Notes: a model not told the origin generated them from the letters alone. A stretch of DNA of 64,000 nt from Myxococcales bacterium (GCA_020633555.1 JACKDL010000007.1:93821-157820); one strand, 5' to 3'. Positions 36,203 through 47,654 are shown, numbered from the stretch's first letter. Translations and numbers: made by a program.

Positions 36203-36843
36203 CCGCCGGCATGACCCCCGATCTCAGCCTGTACCTGGTGACGGACCCGCACCTGCTGCGGGGGCGCAACCTCATCGACACCTGCGAGGCCGCAGTGGCC
36301 GGCGGCGTGACCCTGGTGCAGCTCCGCGACAAGACCGCCGAGGCCCGCGACCTGCTCGAGATGGCCCGTGGGCTCACCGCCCGCCTGGCGCCCCACGGCG
36401 TGCCCGTCATCGTCAACGATCGGGTGGACGTGGCCGCGGCGGCCGGGTGCGGCTGCCACCTGGGCCAGCGCGACGTGCCCCTGGCGGCGGCGCGGGCCAT
36501 CCTGGGACCCGACGCGGTCATCGGCGTCAGCGTCAGCACGGTGGCCCAGGCCCGCGAGGCGGCGGCCGCCACCTACCTGGCGCCCAGCCCCGTGTTCGCC
36601 ACCACCACCCGCAGCAGCAGCGCCGATCCCCTGGGCATCTCGGGCCTGAAGGCCATCGTCCAGGCCACCGACCACCCGGTGGTGGCCATCGGCGGCATCA
36701 GCCTGGACAACGCCGAGGCCATCGGCCGCACCGGCGCCGCGGGCCTCGCCACCATCACCGCCCTGATGCGCACGCCCGACATCGGGGCCGCCGCCGGGGC
36801 CCTGCGGCGGGCCTTCGCCGCCGGGCGGGCCAGGCGGGCGTGA
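36199..36843 (+). CDS. thiE: thiamine-phosphate synthase
   Basis: 214 aa. LYLVTD...GGVTLVQLRDK...VIVNDRVDVAAAAGCGCHLGQRD...VGVSVST...YLAPSPVFATTT...GL...VAIGGI matches the ThiE consensus. The start overlaps the thiM stop (ATGA). Confidence 0.9.
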   Translation: MTAGMTPDLSLYLVTDPHLLRGRNLIDTCEAAVAGGVTLVQLRDKTAEARDLLEMARGLTARLAPHGVPVIVNDRVDVAAAAGCGCHLGQRDVPLAAARAILGPDAVIGVSVSTVAQAREAAAATYLAPSPVFATTTRSSSADPLGISGLKAIVQATDHPVVAIGGISLDNAEAIGRTGAAGLATITALMRTPDIGAAAGALRRAFAAGRARRA

Positions 36844-36897
36844 CCTCGGGCGGCCCTCGGCTGTCTGTTCCCCGTCCCCCCGCCTGCAAGGACCGCC

Positions 36898-38259
36898 ATG
36901 CGCACCGCCCCCCTGGCCCTGATCCCGGCCCTGATCCCCTGCCTGCTTCTCGCCGCCTGCGACGATGACGGGGGCGAGCCCACCCCGCAGCAGGTGGCCG
37001 ACGGGGGGCTCGCTGACGGTGGCGCCCCCGACCAGGCCCCCGCGCCCACCTGCGACGACTCGCAGCCCCCGCTGGTGATGGCCCACGGCTTCCTGGCCTC
37101 GGGCGACACCTGGTCGCCCCACGCCCGCCGGTTCGCCGCCAACGGCCACTGCCCCGACCGCTACGTCGCCTTCGACTGGGACACCCTGAACCGCCGCGCC
37201 GATCACGCCGCCGCGCTGGACGCCGTCATCGACGACCTGCGGGCGGCCACCGGCGCCGCCCAGGTGGATCTCATGGGCCACAGCGCCGGGGGCAACCTGG
37301 GCTACGAGTACCTGGCCGACCCCGCCCGCGCCGCCAAGGTGGCCCACTACGTCCACGTGGGCAGCTTCGCCAACGAGGGCCCCGCGGGCCCCCCGGGCGC
37401 CGAGCCCGTGCCCACCCTGAACATCTGGTCGCCCGCGGACACCGTGGTCGAGGGCGCCGACATCCCCGGCGCGCAGAACCTGTCGCTGCCCGACCTGGAC
37501 CACTACGCGGTGGCCACCGATCCGGCGGCCTTCGAGGGCCTGTACACGTTCCTGTACGGCGCGGCGCCGGCCACGACTGCCGTCGCGCCCGCCGAGCCGG
37601 TGTGGGTCGCGGGCCGCGCCGCCGAGCTGGGCGGCAACGCCCCCGCCGCGGGCGCCGCGCTGGCCATCTGGCCCGTGGATCCCCTCACCGGCCAGCGGGT
37701 GGGGGCGCGCCCCGAGCACAGCCTCACCGTGGGCGACGACGGCGCCTGGGGCCCGGTGGAGATCCAGCCCGGCGTGCCCTACGAGTTCCATGTCACCCCC
37801 ACGGGCGGCGGCCGGCAGGTGCACTACTACCGCGAGGCCTTCCAGGCCCCCGATCCGCTGGTGTACCTGCGCACGCTGCCCACCAGCGGCCTGGCGGGCA
37901 CCCTGCTGGGCGGGGTGCCCTTCGCCAACGCCCACACGGTGGTGATCGTCTTCTCGGCCCGCCAGGCGGTCATCGCCGGCCGCGACACCCTCGCGCTGAA
38001 CGGCGAGGCCCTGGCCACCGAGGAGCTGGCCTCCCCGGAGGACACGCTCATCGCTCTGTTCGCCTACGATCAAGAGGTGGACGGCCAGGACGGCGGCCCC
38101 CTGTCGGCCTTCTCGGCCTTCCCGTTCCTGAACGGGGTCGACCGCTACATCCCCGCCGACGCCACCCGCGCCGTCACCGCCGAGCTGAACGGCCGCTTCC
38201 TGGCCGCGCCCCGCTGGCCCAGCGCCGCCGACGGGGCGGTGGTCTTCGTCTTCGAGTAG
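36898..38259 (+). CDS. lipoprotein alpha/beta-hydrolase (lipase/esterase-like) with C-terminal beta-rich domain
   Basis: MRTAPLALIPALIPCLLLAACDDD gives a lipobox LLAAC. Nucleophile elbow VDLMGHSAGGNLG (GHSxG). Upstream PLVMAHGFLASGDTW forms an oxyanion-hole-type HG motif. Confidence 0.75.
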   Translation: MRTAPLALIPALIPCLLLAACDDDGGEPTPQQVADGGLADGGAPDQAPAPTCDDSQPPLVMAHGFLASGDTWSPHARRFAANGHCPDRYVAFDWDTLNRRADHAAALDAVIDDLRAATGAAQVDLMGHSAGGNLGYEYLADPARAAKVAHYVHVGSFANEGPAGPPGAEPVPTLNIWSPADTVVEGADIPGAQNLSLPDLDHYAVATDPAAFEGLYTFLYGAAPATTAVAPAEPVWVAGRAAELGGNAPAAGAALAIWPVDPLTGQRVGARPEHSLTVGDDGAWGPVEIQPGVPYEFHVTPTGGGRQVHYYREAFQAPDPLVYLRTLPTSGLAGTLLGGVPFANAHTVVIVFSARQAVIAGRDTLALNGEALATEELASPEDTLIALFAYDQEVDGQDGGPLSAFSAFPFLNGVDRYIPADATRAVTAELNGRFLAAPRWPSAADGAVVFVFE

Positions 38260-38265
38260 GCGGGG

Positions 38266-38814
38266 TTACGGCCGCCCGAACACCTGGGCGTGCACCCGCT
38301 GATCGGCGGTGAGCTCTGGGTGGAAGGCCACGCCCCAGAACGGGCCCTGGCGCACGCCCACCGGCTCCCCCTCGAAGGTGTGCGTCACCTCGACGCCCGG
38401 GCCCAGATCCAGGATCCGCGGCGCCCGGATGAACACCAGCGGGAGGTCGCTGCCGTCGGCGGTGGCCTCGAAGCTGTGCACCTGCCGGCCCCAGGCGTTG
38501 CGGGCCACGGTCACGTCCAGCCAGCCGAAGCTGGCCTGCGCGGGGTGGGTGACGGCGCGGGCGCTCAGGATGAGCCCGGCGCAGGTGGCCAGCACGGGCT
38601 TGCCGGCCGCCACGTGGCCGTCCAGCGCGCCCTTCAGGTCGAAGCGGTCGATGAGCTTCAGGTGGGTGGTGCTCTCGCCGCCCGGCAGGATCAGCCCGTC
38701 GCAGGCGGCCAGCTCGGCGGCGGTGCGCACGGGGCCGGCGTCGTGCCCCAGCGCGCGGGCGGCCTGGATGTGGGCCGCCCAGCCGCCCTGCAGCGCGAGG
38801 ACGCCGACCTTCAC
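38266..38814 (-). CDS. pdxT: pyridoxal 5'-phosphate synthase glutaminase subunit
   Basis: 182 aa. MKVGVLALQGG...LILPGGESTT...ATCAGLILSA (catalytic Cys in GATase1 context)...HPELT. Confidence 0.9.
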   Translation of the reverse strand: MKVGVLALQGGWAAHIQAARALGHDAGPVRTAAELAACDGLILPGGESTTHLKLIDRFDLKGALDGHVAAGKPVLATCAGLILSARAVTHPAQASFGWLDVTVARNAWGRQVHSFEATADGSDLPLVFIRAPRILDLGPGVEVTHTFEGEPVGVRQGPFWGVAFHPELTADQRVHAQVFGRP

Positions 38815-38815
38815 C

Positions 38816-39697
38816 TCACCAGCCCCGGTTGGCCAGGCGCTCGGCCTCGGGCAGGGTCTTCATCTCGATGCCGCTCATGGCGGTGCCCAGGCCCGTGCTG
38901 ATCTCGGCGAGCTTCTTGGGATCCTCCCAGTAGGTCACCGCCTCGACCACGGCCTTGGCGCGCTTGGCGGGGTCCTCGCTCATGAAGATCCCGCTGCCCA
39001 CGAACACCGTCTCGGCGCCCAGGGCCATGCACAGCGCGGCGTCCGCCGGGGTGGCCACGCCGCCCGCGGCGAAGTTGGGCACCGGCAGCTTGCCGTGCTC
39101 GTGCACGTACACCACCAGGTCGTACGGCGCGCCCAGGTTCTTCGCCTCGGTCATCAGCTCCTCGCGGCCGAGCTGGGTGATCCGACGGATCTGCTCGCGG
39201 AGCTTGCGCAGGTGGCGAACGGCCTCCACCACGTTGCCCGTGCCCGCCTCGCCCTTGGTGCGCAGCAGGGCCGCGCCCTCGCCGATGCGCCGCAGGGCCT
39301 CGCCGATGTCGGTGCAGCCGCAGACGAAGGGCACCTTGAAGGGGTGCTTGTCGATGTGGAACTCGTCGTCGGCGGGGGTCAGCACCTCGCTCTCGTCGAT
39401 GAAGTCCACCTCGAGGGCTTCCAGGATGCGGGCCTCCATGAAGTGGCCGATGCGCACCTTGGCCATCACGGGGATGCTCACGGCGGCCTGGATGGCCTTG
39501 ATCATCTCGGGATCGCTGGCGCGGGCCACGCCGCCGTCCCGGCGGATGAGGGCGGGCACGCGCTCCAGGGCCATGACGGCGCAGGCACCGGCCGCCTCGG
39601 CGATCAGCGCCTGCTCGACGTTCATCACGTCCATGATGACGCCGCCCTTGAGCATCTCGGCCAGCCCCACCTTGGCCTGGAAGGTCGACTTCTCCAT
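38816..39697 (-). CDS. pdxS: pyridoxal 5'-phosphate synthase lyase subunit
   Basis: 293 aa from [49 protein letters not shown]..., near-identical to the PdxS consensus. The track ORF is longer; I chose the internal ATG matching the conserved N-terminus. Confidence 0.92.
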   Translation of the reverse strand: MEKSTFQAKVGLAEMLKGGVIMDVMNVEQALIAEAAGACAVMALERVPALIRRDGGVARASDPEMIKAIQAAVSIPVMAKVRIGHFMEARILEALEVDFIDESEVLTPADDEFHIDKHPFKVPFVCGCTDIGEALRRIGEGAALLRTKGEAGTGNVVEAVRHLRKLREQIRRITQLGREELMTEAKNLGAPYDLVVYVHEHGKLPVPNFAAGGVATPADAALCMALGAETVFVGSGIFMSEDPAKRAKAVVEAVTYWEDPKKLAEISTGLGTAMSGIEMKTLPEAERLANRGW

Positions 39698-39829
39698 CGA
39701 AGGTCCTCCTGCGGGCGCCGCGCGGGCGCCTTCAAACTCAGAAAAATCGGTGACTGATGCGCGGCGTTGTAGCGGGTTGCGAACGGTTTTCAAAGCGGCG
39801 CCGCGCCGCAAAGCCCCCGTCGCCGGGCC

Positions 39830-41539
39830 TCAGGGCTGCGGGAGCAGCCGGTGGTGCACGCTGGGCGCGTGCCCCGGGGCGTCGGCCTCGACGGCTGCGC
39901 CGACCCGCAGCAGCCGCCCCTCGGACCAGGCCGGCCCCATGATCTGCAGCCCCACGGGCAGCCCCTCGTCGTCGTAGCCGCAGGGCACCGACAGGGCCGG
40001 CAGGCCCACCAGGTTGCCGATGGGCGCGAAGCGCATGATCTGCTCGGTGACCGCCAGGTTCGACTCCCCCGCCTTCAGCGCGCCCGGGTGGATCACCGGC
40101 GCGGTGCGGCCGGTGGTGGGCGTGAGCACCACGTCGCAGGCCTGGAACAGGTCCAGGAAGCGGTCGAAGAAGGCCTGCCGCACCCGCTGGGCCTGCGCGT
40201 AGTCGGCGGCCAGCAGGCGCCCGGCCAGCGCCAGGTTCAGGCGGGTGTCCAGCCCCAGGGCCCCGCGGTGGTGCTTGAAGTGCCGCTGCAGGGCCGCGTG
40301 CATCTCGCTGGTGATCGTGACCAGGTGCGCCGTGCGTAGCAGCGCCAGCTCGGGGATCTCGATGGGCACCACCCGCGCGCCGCGGGCCTCCAGCTTCGCC
40401 ACCGCGGCGTCGCAGGCCGCGCGCACCCCGGGCTCGGCGTGCTCGAACCAGGGCCGGAAGATGCCCAGCCGCAGCCCCTTCAGGTCCAGCTCGGCCAGGT
40501 CCTCCAAGGTCACCGGTGGCTGGGCCCCGCTGTTCACGTCGCAGGCGTCGGGCCCGGCCATGATCGCGTAGGCCACCGCCGCGTCGCGCACCGAGGCCGC
40601 CAGCGGCCCCACGTGGGCCACGCTCCAGCACAGGGGCGCCGCGCCGTGCTCGCTGATGCGCCCGAAGGTGGCCTTCAGCCCCACCACCCCGCACAGGGCG
40701 GCAGGCACCCGGATGGAGCCGCCGCCGTCCGCGCCCACGGCGATGGGGCACAGGCCCGCCGCCACCGCCGCGGCCGATCCGCTGGAGCTGCCGCCGGTGG
40801 CCCGCGCCGGGTCGTAGGGGTTGCGGGCGGCGCCGTGGTGCGGGTTCACCCCCGTCACCCCGATGCCCACCTCGTGCATGTTGGCCTTGCCGATGAGCAC
40901 CGCGCCGGCGGCCCGCAGCCGGGCCACCACCGTGGCGTCATGGGGCGCGGGGCCCTTCGCCAGGAAGGTGGTGCCCACGGTGGTGGGGTAGCCGCGCTGA
41001 TCCAGCTCGTCCTTCACCGCCACCGGCACCCCGTCCAGGGGCCCCAGCGGCGTGCCGGCCTGCCACCGGGCGGTGGAGGCCGCCGCCTGCTGTCGCACCT
41101 CGTCGGCGTGCTGGGCCAGCAGCGCCCGCAGGGGCGGCGTGGCCTGGTCGCTGGCCTGCGTCGCCGCGATCACCGCCTCGGCCACCTGGCTGGGGGTGGC
41201 GCGGCCGGCGCGGTACGCGGCGGTGAAAGCCGCGGCCGTCTCGAAGGGGAAGTCGGCCCGGTCCTCGCTGGGCCCGGCCTGGGGCACGGCGGGGGCGGGC
41301 GACTGCGCCTCGGCCCGCGGCAGCGCCCGCGCCGCCCGCAGGATGGGGTGCTCCGCAGGCAGCGGCGCGTCCACCTCGGCGGCCCGGAAGGCGTCGACGC
41401 CGATGTCGCTCAGGAACTTGCCCGCCAGCGCCGTCCCGGTGCCCGGCGCCTCGGCCAGCCCCACCAGGGTGCGCAGCAGCGCCCCGCGGCTCACCGGCGC
41501 CTTGAACTCGAACAGGTCGTACACATCGCTCATGGCCAC
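39830..41539 (-). CDS. amidase (amidase-signature family)
   Basis: 569 aa. The AS signature GGSSSGSAAAVAAGLCPIAVGADGGGSIRVPAALCGVVGLKATFGRIS contains the Ser-cisSer-Lys catalytic region. Confidence 0.85.
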   Translation of the reverse strand: MAMSDVYDLFEFKAPVSRGALLRTLVGLAEAPGTGTALAGKFLSDIGVDAFRAAEVDAPLPAEHPILRAARALPRAEAQSPAPAVPQAGPSEDRADFPFETAAAFTAAYRAGRATPSQVAEAVIAATQASDQATPPLRALLAQHADEVRQQAAASTARWQAGTPLGPLDGVPVAVKDELDQRGYPTTVGTTFLAKGPAPHDATVVARLRAAGAVLIGKANMHEVGIGVTGVNPHHGAARNPYDPARATGGSSSGSAAAVAAGLCPIAVGADGGGSIRVPAALCGVVGLKATFGRISEHGAAPLCWSVAHVGPLAASVRDAAVAYAIMAGPDACDVNSGAQPPVTLEDLAELDLKGLRLGIFRPWFEHAEPGVRAACDAAVAKLEARGARVVPIEIPELALLRTAHLVTITSEMHAALQRHFKHHRGALGLDTRLNLALAGRLLAADYAQAQRVRQAFFDRFLDLFQACDVVLTPTTGRTAPVIHPGALKAGESNLAVTEQIMRFAPIGNLVGLPALSVPCGYDDEGLPVGLQIMGPAWSEGRLLRVGAAVEADAPGHAPSVHHRLLPQP

Positions 41540-41787
41540 ACCGCGCGGCGCAGGGCCGCCCCCAGGCGCAGGTCGTCCCGCCGCCCCACCCAGGCCACCC
41601 GCGCGCCAAAGGGCACGCCCAGCAGCAGGGGGGCGAACATGGCCAGCGTGCGCGCGCCCTCGCTCAGCTCGCCCAGCGCCGGGCGAAGCACGGTCAGGGC
41701 CACCATGCTCAAGGTGGCCATCAGGGTGAAGCCCACCCCGAAGTAGACGACGTTCAGTGCCTTCGGCCGGGGCCGCTGTGCCTCGGC
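41530..41787 (-). CDS. small two-TM membrane protein, hypothetical
   Basis: 85 aa: [86 protein letters not shown]. It starts 3 nt after the icmF stop and is the C-terminal end of the otherwise off-frame 1255-aa ORF. Confidence 0.4.
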   Translation of the reverse strand, partial: AEAQRPRPKALNVVYFGVGFTLMATLSMVALTVLRPALGELSEGARTLAMFAPLLLGVPFGARVAWVGRRDDLRLGAALRRAVWP

Positions 41788-41789
41788 CA

Positions 41790-44700
41790 TCACATGTTCC
41801 GTCGGTACTGGCCGCCCACGCCGAACAGGGCGTCGGAGATCTGGCCCAGGCTGGCCACCTTCACCGTCTCCATCAGCTCGGCGAAGACGTTGCCGCCCTC
41901 CTGGGCCACCTGGCGCAGCCGCGCCAGCGCGGCGGGCGCGCGATCGGTGTTGCGCCGGTGGAAGGCCGCCAGCCCGTCGAGCTGGGCCTGCTTCTCGTCT
42001 TCGGTGGCCCGGATCAGCTCCGTCTCCACCACCCCCTCGGGCGCGTGGTCGGGCAGGAACGTGTTCACCCCGATGATGGGCAGCTCGCCGGAGTGCTTCT
42101 TCTCCTCGTACAGCAGCGACTCCTCCTGGATCCGGGCGCGCTGGTACATCAGCTCCATGGCCCCCAGCACGCCGCCGCGCTCGGTCAGCCGGTCGAACTC
42201 GGCCAGCACGGCGTCCTCCACCAGCTCCGTCAGCCGCGACAGGAAGTAGCTGCCCTGCAACGGGTTCTCGTTCTTCGTCAGCCCCAGCTCGCGGTTGATG
42301 ATGAGCTGGATGGCCAGCGCCCGGCGCACCGACTGCTCGGTGGGGGTGGTGATGGCCTCGTCGTAGGCGTTGGTGTGCAGGCTGTTGCAGTTGTCGGCGA
42401 TGGCGTACAGCGCCTGCAGGGTCGTGCGGATGTCGTTGAAGTCGATCTCCTGCGCGTGCAGCGACCGGCCCGACGTCTGGATGTGGTACTTCAGCTTCTG
42501 GCTGCGCTCGCCGGCCCCGTACAGGTCGCGCAGGGCCACCGCCCAGATGCGCCGCGCCACCCGCCCGATCACCGCGTACTCGGCGTCGATGCCGTTGCTG
42601 AAGAAGAAGCTCAGGTTCTGGGCGAAGGCGTCCGGATCCATGCCCCGGGCCTTGTAGTACTCGACGAAGGTGAAGCCGTTGGCGAGCGTGAAGGCGAGCT
42701 GGGTGATGGGGTTCGCCCCCGCCTCGGCGATGTGGTAGCCGCTGATGCTCACCGAGTAGAAGTTCCGCACCCGGTTGCTCAGGAAGTACGCCTGGATGTC
42801 GCCCATCATCTTCAGGGCGAACTCGGTGCTGAAGATGCAGGTGTTCTGGGCCTGATCCTCCTTCAGGATGTCGGCCTGCACGGTGCCGCGCACCCGGGCC
42901 AGCGTCTCGGCCTTCACCTCCGCGTACTCCGCCGCGTCCAGGAGCTGATCGCCGCTCACGCCCAGCAGGCCCAACCCCGTGCCGTCGTGCCCGGGCGGCA
43001 GCTCGCCCCGGTAGCCGGGCACGTCGGGCGCCAGCTCGGCGATGCGCGCCTGCGCCGCCTCCCACCGGCCGGTGGCCTTCAGCCGGGCCTCCACCTGCTG
43101 GTCGACGGCGGTGTTGAAGAACATGGCCAGCAGCATGGGCGCCGGCCCGTTGATGGTCATGCTCACGCTGGTGCTCGGCGCGCACAGATCGAAGCCCGAG
43201 TACAGCCGCTTCGCGTCGTCCAGGGTGGCCACGCTCACCCCGCTGTTGCCCACCTTCCCGTACACGTCGGGCCGGCGGGCCGGGTCTCGGCCGTACAGGG
43301 TCACCGAGTCGAAGGCGGTGCTCAGCCGGGCCGCCGGTTGCCCCTTCGACAGGTAGTGGAAGCGCCGGTTGGTGCGCTCGGGGTGGCCCTCGCCGGCGAA
43401 CATGCGGGTGGGGTCCTCGCCCGCGCGCTTGAAGGGGAACACCCCGGCCGTAAAGGGGAACTGGCCCGGTACGTTCTCCAGCCAGCGCCACTTCAGCAGC
43501 TCGCCCCAGTCCTCGCTGTCGGGCAGGGCCACCTTCGGGATCTCGGTGCCCGACAGCGTGGTCAGGTGGTTGGCCACCCGGATCTCGCGGCCGCGCACGC
43601 GGTACACGTTCTCGGGCGCGCGGTAGTTGGTCTGCAGCGCCCGCACGTCGGCCAGCAGGCTGCGGCTGTCGGCGTCCAGCTCGTGGATGGCGTCGTTGTA
43701 CAGGGCGCGCAGCCGGTGGGTGGCCTCGTCCAGCGCGTCCTCGCCCACCTCGTCGGGATCGTAGGCCTGCGCCCATTCGGGCACGTCGTCGCCCAGGGCC
43801 TTCAGGGCCCGCCGCAGGCCGTCGGCCCGCCGGGCCACGGCCACCTGCTCGTCGCCCCGGTGCTTGTAGTTGCGCACGGCGTCGGCGATCTCGCTCAGGT
43901 AGCGCACCCGCCGGGGGGGCACCAGCACGTCCATGCCCGGCGCCCGCTTCGGCAGCTCGCCCACCGGCCAGTCCGTGGGGCCCCGGTCGCTCAGCAGCGT
44001 CATCAGGTGGGCGAACAGCGCGTCCGTGCCGGCGTCGCCGAACCGGCTGGCGGTGCAGGCGAACACCGGCATGGTGTCGGCGCGCCGATCGAAGGCCCCC
44101 TTGTTGCGCTGCATCTGCTTCTTGACGGCCTTCAGGGCGTCCTCGGCGCCGCGCTTGTCGGCCTTGTTCAGGGCCACCACGTCGGCGTAGTCCAGCATGT
44201 CGATCTTCTCGAGCTGGGTGGGGGCGCCGAACTCCGGGGTCATGACGTAGAGCGCGGCGTCCGACAGGTCCACCACCTCGCTGCCGCTCTGGCCGATGCC
44301 CGCCGTCTCCAGGATCACCAGGTCGAAGCCGGCGGCCTGCAGCACCGCCAGCGCGTCGCGCACGGCGGCGGGCACCGCGGTGTTCGCCGCCCGGGTGGCC
44401 ATGGAGCGCATGAAGGCGCGGCCGTCGCCCAGGGCGTTCATGCGGATGCGATCGCCCAGCAGGGCCCCGCCCGAGCGCCGACGGGTCGGATCCACGCTCA
44501 GCACGGCCACGGTGCGGTCGGGCCAGGTCACCAGCAGCCGCCGCAGCAGCTCGTCGGTCAGCGAGCTCTTGCCCGCGCCCCCTACGCCCGTGATGCCCAG
44601 GACGGGCGGCCGCACCTCGGGCCCCCGGCGTGCCAGGTCGCTGCGCAGGGCCGCCAGCCGCCCCGCCGCCTCGGTCCCGCCCTGCTCGGCCTGGTGGTGC

Positions 44701-45218
44701 AGCGCCTCCACGGCGGTCAGCACCCGGGCGACGGCCGCCGCCTCGCCTTGGAAGAACGCGTCGTCCAGGGTGGGCAGCTCGGTGGCCGGCGGCCGGGTCG
44801 CCTCTTCGATCATGTGCCGGATCATCCCGGTCAGGCCCATGCGCCGGCCGTCCTCCACCGAGTAGATCCGCGCCACGCCCCGGGCGTGAAGGGTGGCGAT
44901 CTCCTGATCGGTGATGGTGCCGCCGCCCCCGCCGAAGACCTTGATCTCGGAGCGCCCGCGCGCGCGAAGCTCCTCCACCATGTAGGTGAAGTACTCCATG
45001 TGCCCGCCCTGGTAGGACGACACGGCGATCCCGTGGGCGTCCTCCTGGACAGCGGCGTCCACGATCTCGGCCACCGAGCGGTCGTGGCCCAGGTGGATCA
45101 CCTCGGCCCCTTCGGCCTGCAGGATGCGCCGCATGATGTTGATCGCGGCGTCGTGGCCATCGAACAGGCTGGCGGCCGTCACGAACCGGACGGGGGTCGG
45201 ATCGAGGTCGGGGGCCAT
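41790..45218 (-). CDS. icmF: fused isobutyryl-CoA mutase (B12-binding domain + MeaB-like G-protein + mutase catalytic domain)
   Basis: 1142 aa from [12 protein letters not shown] (AGGAG RBS 7 nt upstream). B12 domain [25 protein letters not shown] (DxHxxG). P-loop [13 protein letters not shown] and NKADK (MeaB GTPase). C-terminal methylmalonyl-CoA-mutase-like TIM-barrel region ([12 protein letters not shown]...). Confidence 0.88.
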   Translation of the reverse strand: MAPDLDPTPVRFVTAASLFDGHDAAINIMRRILQAEGAEVIHLGHDRSVAEIVDAAVQEDAHGIAVSSYQGGHMEYFTYMVEELRARGRSEIKVFGGGGGTITDQEIATLHARGVARIYSVEDGRRMGLTGMIRHMIEEATRPPATELPTLDDAFFQGEAAAVARVLTAVEALHHQAEQGGTEAAGRLAALRSDLARRGPEVRPPVLGITGVGGAGKSSLTDELLRRLLVTWPDRTVAVLSVDPTRRRSGGALLGDRIRMNALGDGRAFMRSMATRAANTAVPAAVRDALAVLQAAGFDLVILETAGIGQSGSEVVDLSDAALYVMTPEFGAPTQLEKIDMLDYADVVALNKADKRGAEDALKAVKKQMQRNKGAFDRRADTMPVFACTASRFGDAGTDALFAHLMTLLSDRGPTDWPVGELPKRAPGMDVLVPPRRVRYLSEIADAVRNYKHRGDEQVAVARRADGLRRALKALGDDVPEWAQAYDPDEVGEDALDEATHRLRALYNDAIHELDADSRSLLADVRALQTNYRAPENVYRVRGREIRVANHLTTLSGTEIPKVALPDSEDWGELLKWRWLENVPGQFPFTAGVFPFKRAGEDPTRMFAGEGHPERTNRRFHYLSKGQPAARLSTAFDSVTLYGRDPARRPDVYGKVGNSGVSVATLDDAKRLYSGFDLCAPSTSVSMTINGPAPMLLAMFFNTAVDQQVEARLKATGRWEAAQARIAELAPDVPGYRGELPPGHDGTGLGLLGVSGDQLLDAAEYAEVKAETLARVRGTVQADILKEDQAQNTCIFSTEFALKMMGDIQAYFLSNRVRNFYSVSISGYHIAEAGANPITQLAFTLANGFTFVEYYKARGMDPDAFAQNLSFFFSNGIDAEYAVIGRVARRIWAVALRDLYGAGERSQKLKYHIQTSGRSLHAQEIDFNDIRTTLQALYAIADNCNSLHTNAYDEAITTPTEQSVRRALAIQLIINRELGLTKNENPLQGSYFLSRLTELVEDAVLAEFDRLTERGGVLGAMELMYQRARIQEESLLYEEKKHSGELPIIGVNTFLPDHAPEGVVETELIRATEDEKQAQLDGLAAFHRRNTDRAPAALARLRQVAQEGGNVFAELMETVKVASLGQISDALFGVGGQYRRNM

Positions 45219-45350
45219 GGGCGCTCCTGGCTGCGAGAGGGTTGGGTATGGTGCCGCCCCTGGACAGGGGCTGCAACTCGGCCCGAAAACGATCCATCCT
45301 AGCGCGCCCGCACCCCGTGCGCGGCGGCCATCGGCCCGTGAGGAGGCGCC

Positions 45351-46709
45351 ATGCAGGTCCAGGAAGGCACCCGGGTGCTGCTCGTCGACGACGACCACGC
45401 CTTCGGGGTGGCCATGGCCAAGGCCCTGCGCCGCCGCGGCTTCCACGTCGAGATCGCAGAAGGGGGGCGCGCTGCCCTCCAGGCCCTGGCGCGGCCCGCG
45501 GACCAGGCCCCGGCCGTGGCCGTGCTGGACCTGCGCATGCCCGAGGTGGACGGGCTGGAGGTGCTGCGCCGCACCCCCGACCGGGTGACGCCCGTGGTGG
45601 TGCTCACCGGCCACGGCACCGTGCCCGACGCGGTGGAGTGCATGCGGCTGGGCGCCTACACCTTCCTCACCAAGCCCGTGGACGCCGCGGACCTGGCGCC
45701 GGTGCTCACCCAGGCGGCACGCCCGCTGGCGCCCGAGGTGGGCCACGAACTGGTGGGCGAGAGCGACGCGACCCGGCAGCTCCGGCGGCTGCTCGATCGC
45801 CTGGCCGAGGCCGACGAGCCGGTGCTGCTGACGGGCGAGACGGGCACGGGCAAAGAGGTCGCCGCCCGCCGGCTGCACCAGGCGTCGCGCCGCGCCGAGC
45901 AGCCCTTCCTGGCCGTGAACATGGCCTGCCTGCCCCGCGACCTGGTGGAGAGCGAGCTGTTCGGCCACGCCCGCGGCGCCTTCACGGGCGCCGACCGGCG
46001 CAAGGCCGGGCTCTTCGAGGAGGTCCAGGGGGGCACCCTGTTCCTCGACGAGGTGGCCGAGCTGCCCCTGGAGCACCAGGCCAAGCTGCTGCGGGTGCTG
46101 GAGACGAGCACCTTCCGGTCGGTGGGCGAGAACCGCGAGCGCGCCTTCCACGGCCGCCTCGTGGCCGCCACCCACCAGGATCTGCTGGGCCTGGTGCGCG
46201 AGGGGCGCTTCCGCGAGGACCTGTACTACCGCCTGCAGGTGCTGCCGCTGGAGCTGCCCGCGCTGCGGCAGCGCCGCGACGACATCGTGCCCATCGCCCG
46301 CCACTGGCTGGCGCGGGTCGCCACGAGCCCTGTCCTTCAGCCCCGAGGCCGAGCAGCTGCCTGCTGGCCACGACTGGCCGGGCAACGTGCGCGAGGTGGT
46401 GAACCTGTCGCGCCGCGTGTCGCTGTTCGCCGAGCGGGGGCGCGTGGACGCGGCGCTGGTGAGTCGGATGCTGGCGGCCAACCCGTTCCCGGCGCCCGCC
46501 GCGCCGTGCCCGCCGCCCGCCGAGCCGCGCCGACGCCGCCCGAGAGATCAGCCTGGAGGCGCTCGAACGCCGCCACATCCAGCGGCTGCTCGCCCACCAC
46601 CACAACATCACCCGCGTCGCCCGGATCCTCCAGACATCAACCGCCGCACCCTGCAGCGCAAACTGCGCGCCTGGGGCATCGATCACGATCGACTTCGGCG
46701 GGCGACTGA
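45351..46709 (+). CDS. sigma54-dependent response regulator (NtrC family); C-terminal third disrupted by at least 3 apparent frameshifts, end approximate
   Basis: Receiver domain [25 protein letters not shown]...[15 protein letters not shown]+ sigma54-activator domain: [18 protein letters not shown] (Walker A), GAFTGA (sigma54 contact), GTLFLDEV (Walker B), [10 protein letters not shown]. After [10 protein letters not shown] the expected ...[20 protein letters not shown]... and the Fis-type HTH (..[17 protein letters not shown]) are found in other frames. Confidence 0.75.
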   Translation: MQVQEGTRVLLVDDDHAFGVAMAKALRRRGFHVEIAEGGRAALQALARPADQAPAVAVLDLRMPEVDGLEVLRRTPDRVTPVVVLTGHGTVPDAVECMRLGAYTFLTKPVDAADLAPVLTQAARPLAPEVGHELVGESDATRQLRRLLDRLAEADEPVLLTGETGTGKEVAARRLHQASRRAEQPFLAVNMACLPRDLVESELFGHARGAFTGADRRKAGLFEEVQGGTLFLDEVAELPLEHQAKLLRVLETSTFRSVGENRERAFHGRLVAATHQDLLGLVREGRFREDLYYRLQVLPLELPALRQRRDDIVPIARHWLARVATSPVLQPRGRAAACWPRLAGQRARGGEPVAPRVAVRRAGARGRGAGESDAGGQPVPGARRAVPAARRAAPTPPERSAWRRSNAATSSGCSPTTTTSPASPGSSRHQPPHPAAQTARLGHRSRSTSAGD

Positions 46710-46834
46710 CCCGCGTCGCGCGCCGGTGCGGCAAAATGCATGCGGCAAGGCGCGCACCCGCGCCCGTCAAATGCCGCCAAGCGTGTTTGACTGGACAAAC
46801 CAAGACCTCGGTGCTGAAAAGCGCCGCGCCTGCG

Positions 46835-46850
46835 TGGAACGCGTCTTGCT
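46835..46850 (+). promoter_or_regulatory. sigma54 (RpoN) -24/-12 promoter TGGAAC-gcgtc-TTGCT upstream of actA
   Basis: Seen directly: GG at 46836-46837 and GC at 46848-46849 with exact 10-nt spacing. Good fit to TGGCAC-N5-TTGCW. It lies about 110 bp upstream of the actA ATG, directly downstream of the sigma54-dependent activator gene. Confidence 0.6.
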
Positions 46851-46961
46851 GGTTCGGACTTGCGCCCAGGGATGGCGCCTTGGGGAGACGGCCGCCGCCG
46901 CGGCAGTAACGCCGGCCCGTGTTCGAGCGATGCTCGGCGGCGCGCACGAGGTTGCCGGAGG

Positions 46962-47654
46962 ATGAGCAACGAAGAACGCCGGAGCCGAAAGACGCCGTCG
47001 AGCCCTCGTCTTTCCACGCAGTGGCACAACAAGCATCCCGCTGCTCATCTTCGGGATCATCGGGCCGGTCGCCACCGTCGCCGTGATCGGCGCGTCTGGT
47101 ACTGGTTCAGCCCAGAGTTCACCGACGTCGGCTACCAGCCGGAGCAGCCGGTGCCGTACAGCCACAAGCTGCACGCGGGCGAGCTCGGCATCGACTGCCG
47201 CTATTGCCATACGGGCGTCGAGACACGGCGCACGCCCGGATGCCCCCGACGCAGACCTGCATGAACTGCCACGCCCACATCAAGACCGAGAGCCCGAAGG
47301 CTGCGCCGGTGCGCGAGAGCTGGGAGAGCGGCACGGTCGGTGGAGTGGGTGCGGATCCACAAGATCCCCGACTACGCCTACTTCGACCACAGCGCGCACA
47401 TCCGCGCGGGCGTCGGCTGCGAGTCGTGCCACGGGCGGATCGACCAGATGGTGGTCGTCAGGTGACGAGCCGCTGAGCATGGGCTGGTGCCTCGAGTGCC
47501 ACCGCGCGCCCCGAGAACCACCTGCGCCCCACGTCAGGAGGTCACCAAGATGGGCTACGAGGCGCCGGGCGGCGACCAGCTGGCGCTGGGAAGAAGCATG
47601 GCCGAAGAGAAGAACATCAACCCGCCGATCCACTGCTCGGGGTGCCACCGATGA
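46962..47654 (+). pseudogene. actA: Alternative Complex III pentaheme cytochrome c subunit ActA; not translatable as given (multiple single-base frameshifts)
   Basis: Five CxxCH motifs are recoverable across frames: CRYCH, CMNCH, CESCH, CLECH, CSGCH. N-terminal TM ...[19 protein letters not shown]... and [40 protein letters not shown] are in different frames. Stop after ...IHCSGCHR at 47652-47654. 'Pseudogene' here may equally mean sequencing error. Confidence 0.65.

Noticed and set aside
41530-45297. 1255-aa minus-strand ORF, the longest in the track for this region
   Set aside because: Its translation is an R/G/P-rich low-complexity sequence in the +1 frame of icmF. Only its final 85 codons (41530-41787, after the icmF stop) look protein-like. 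The true gene is icmF in the 41790..46481 frame, starting at the internal ATG 45218.
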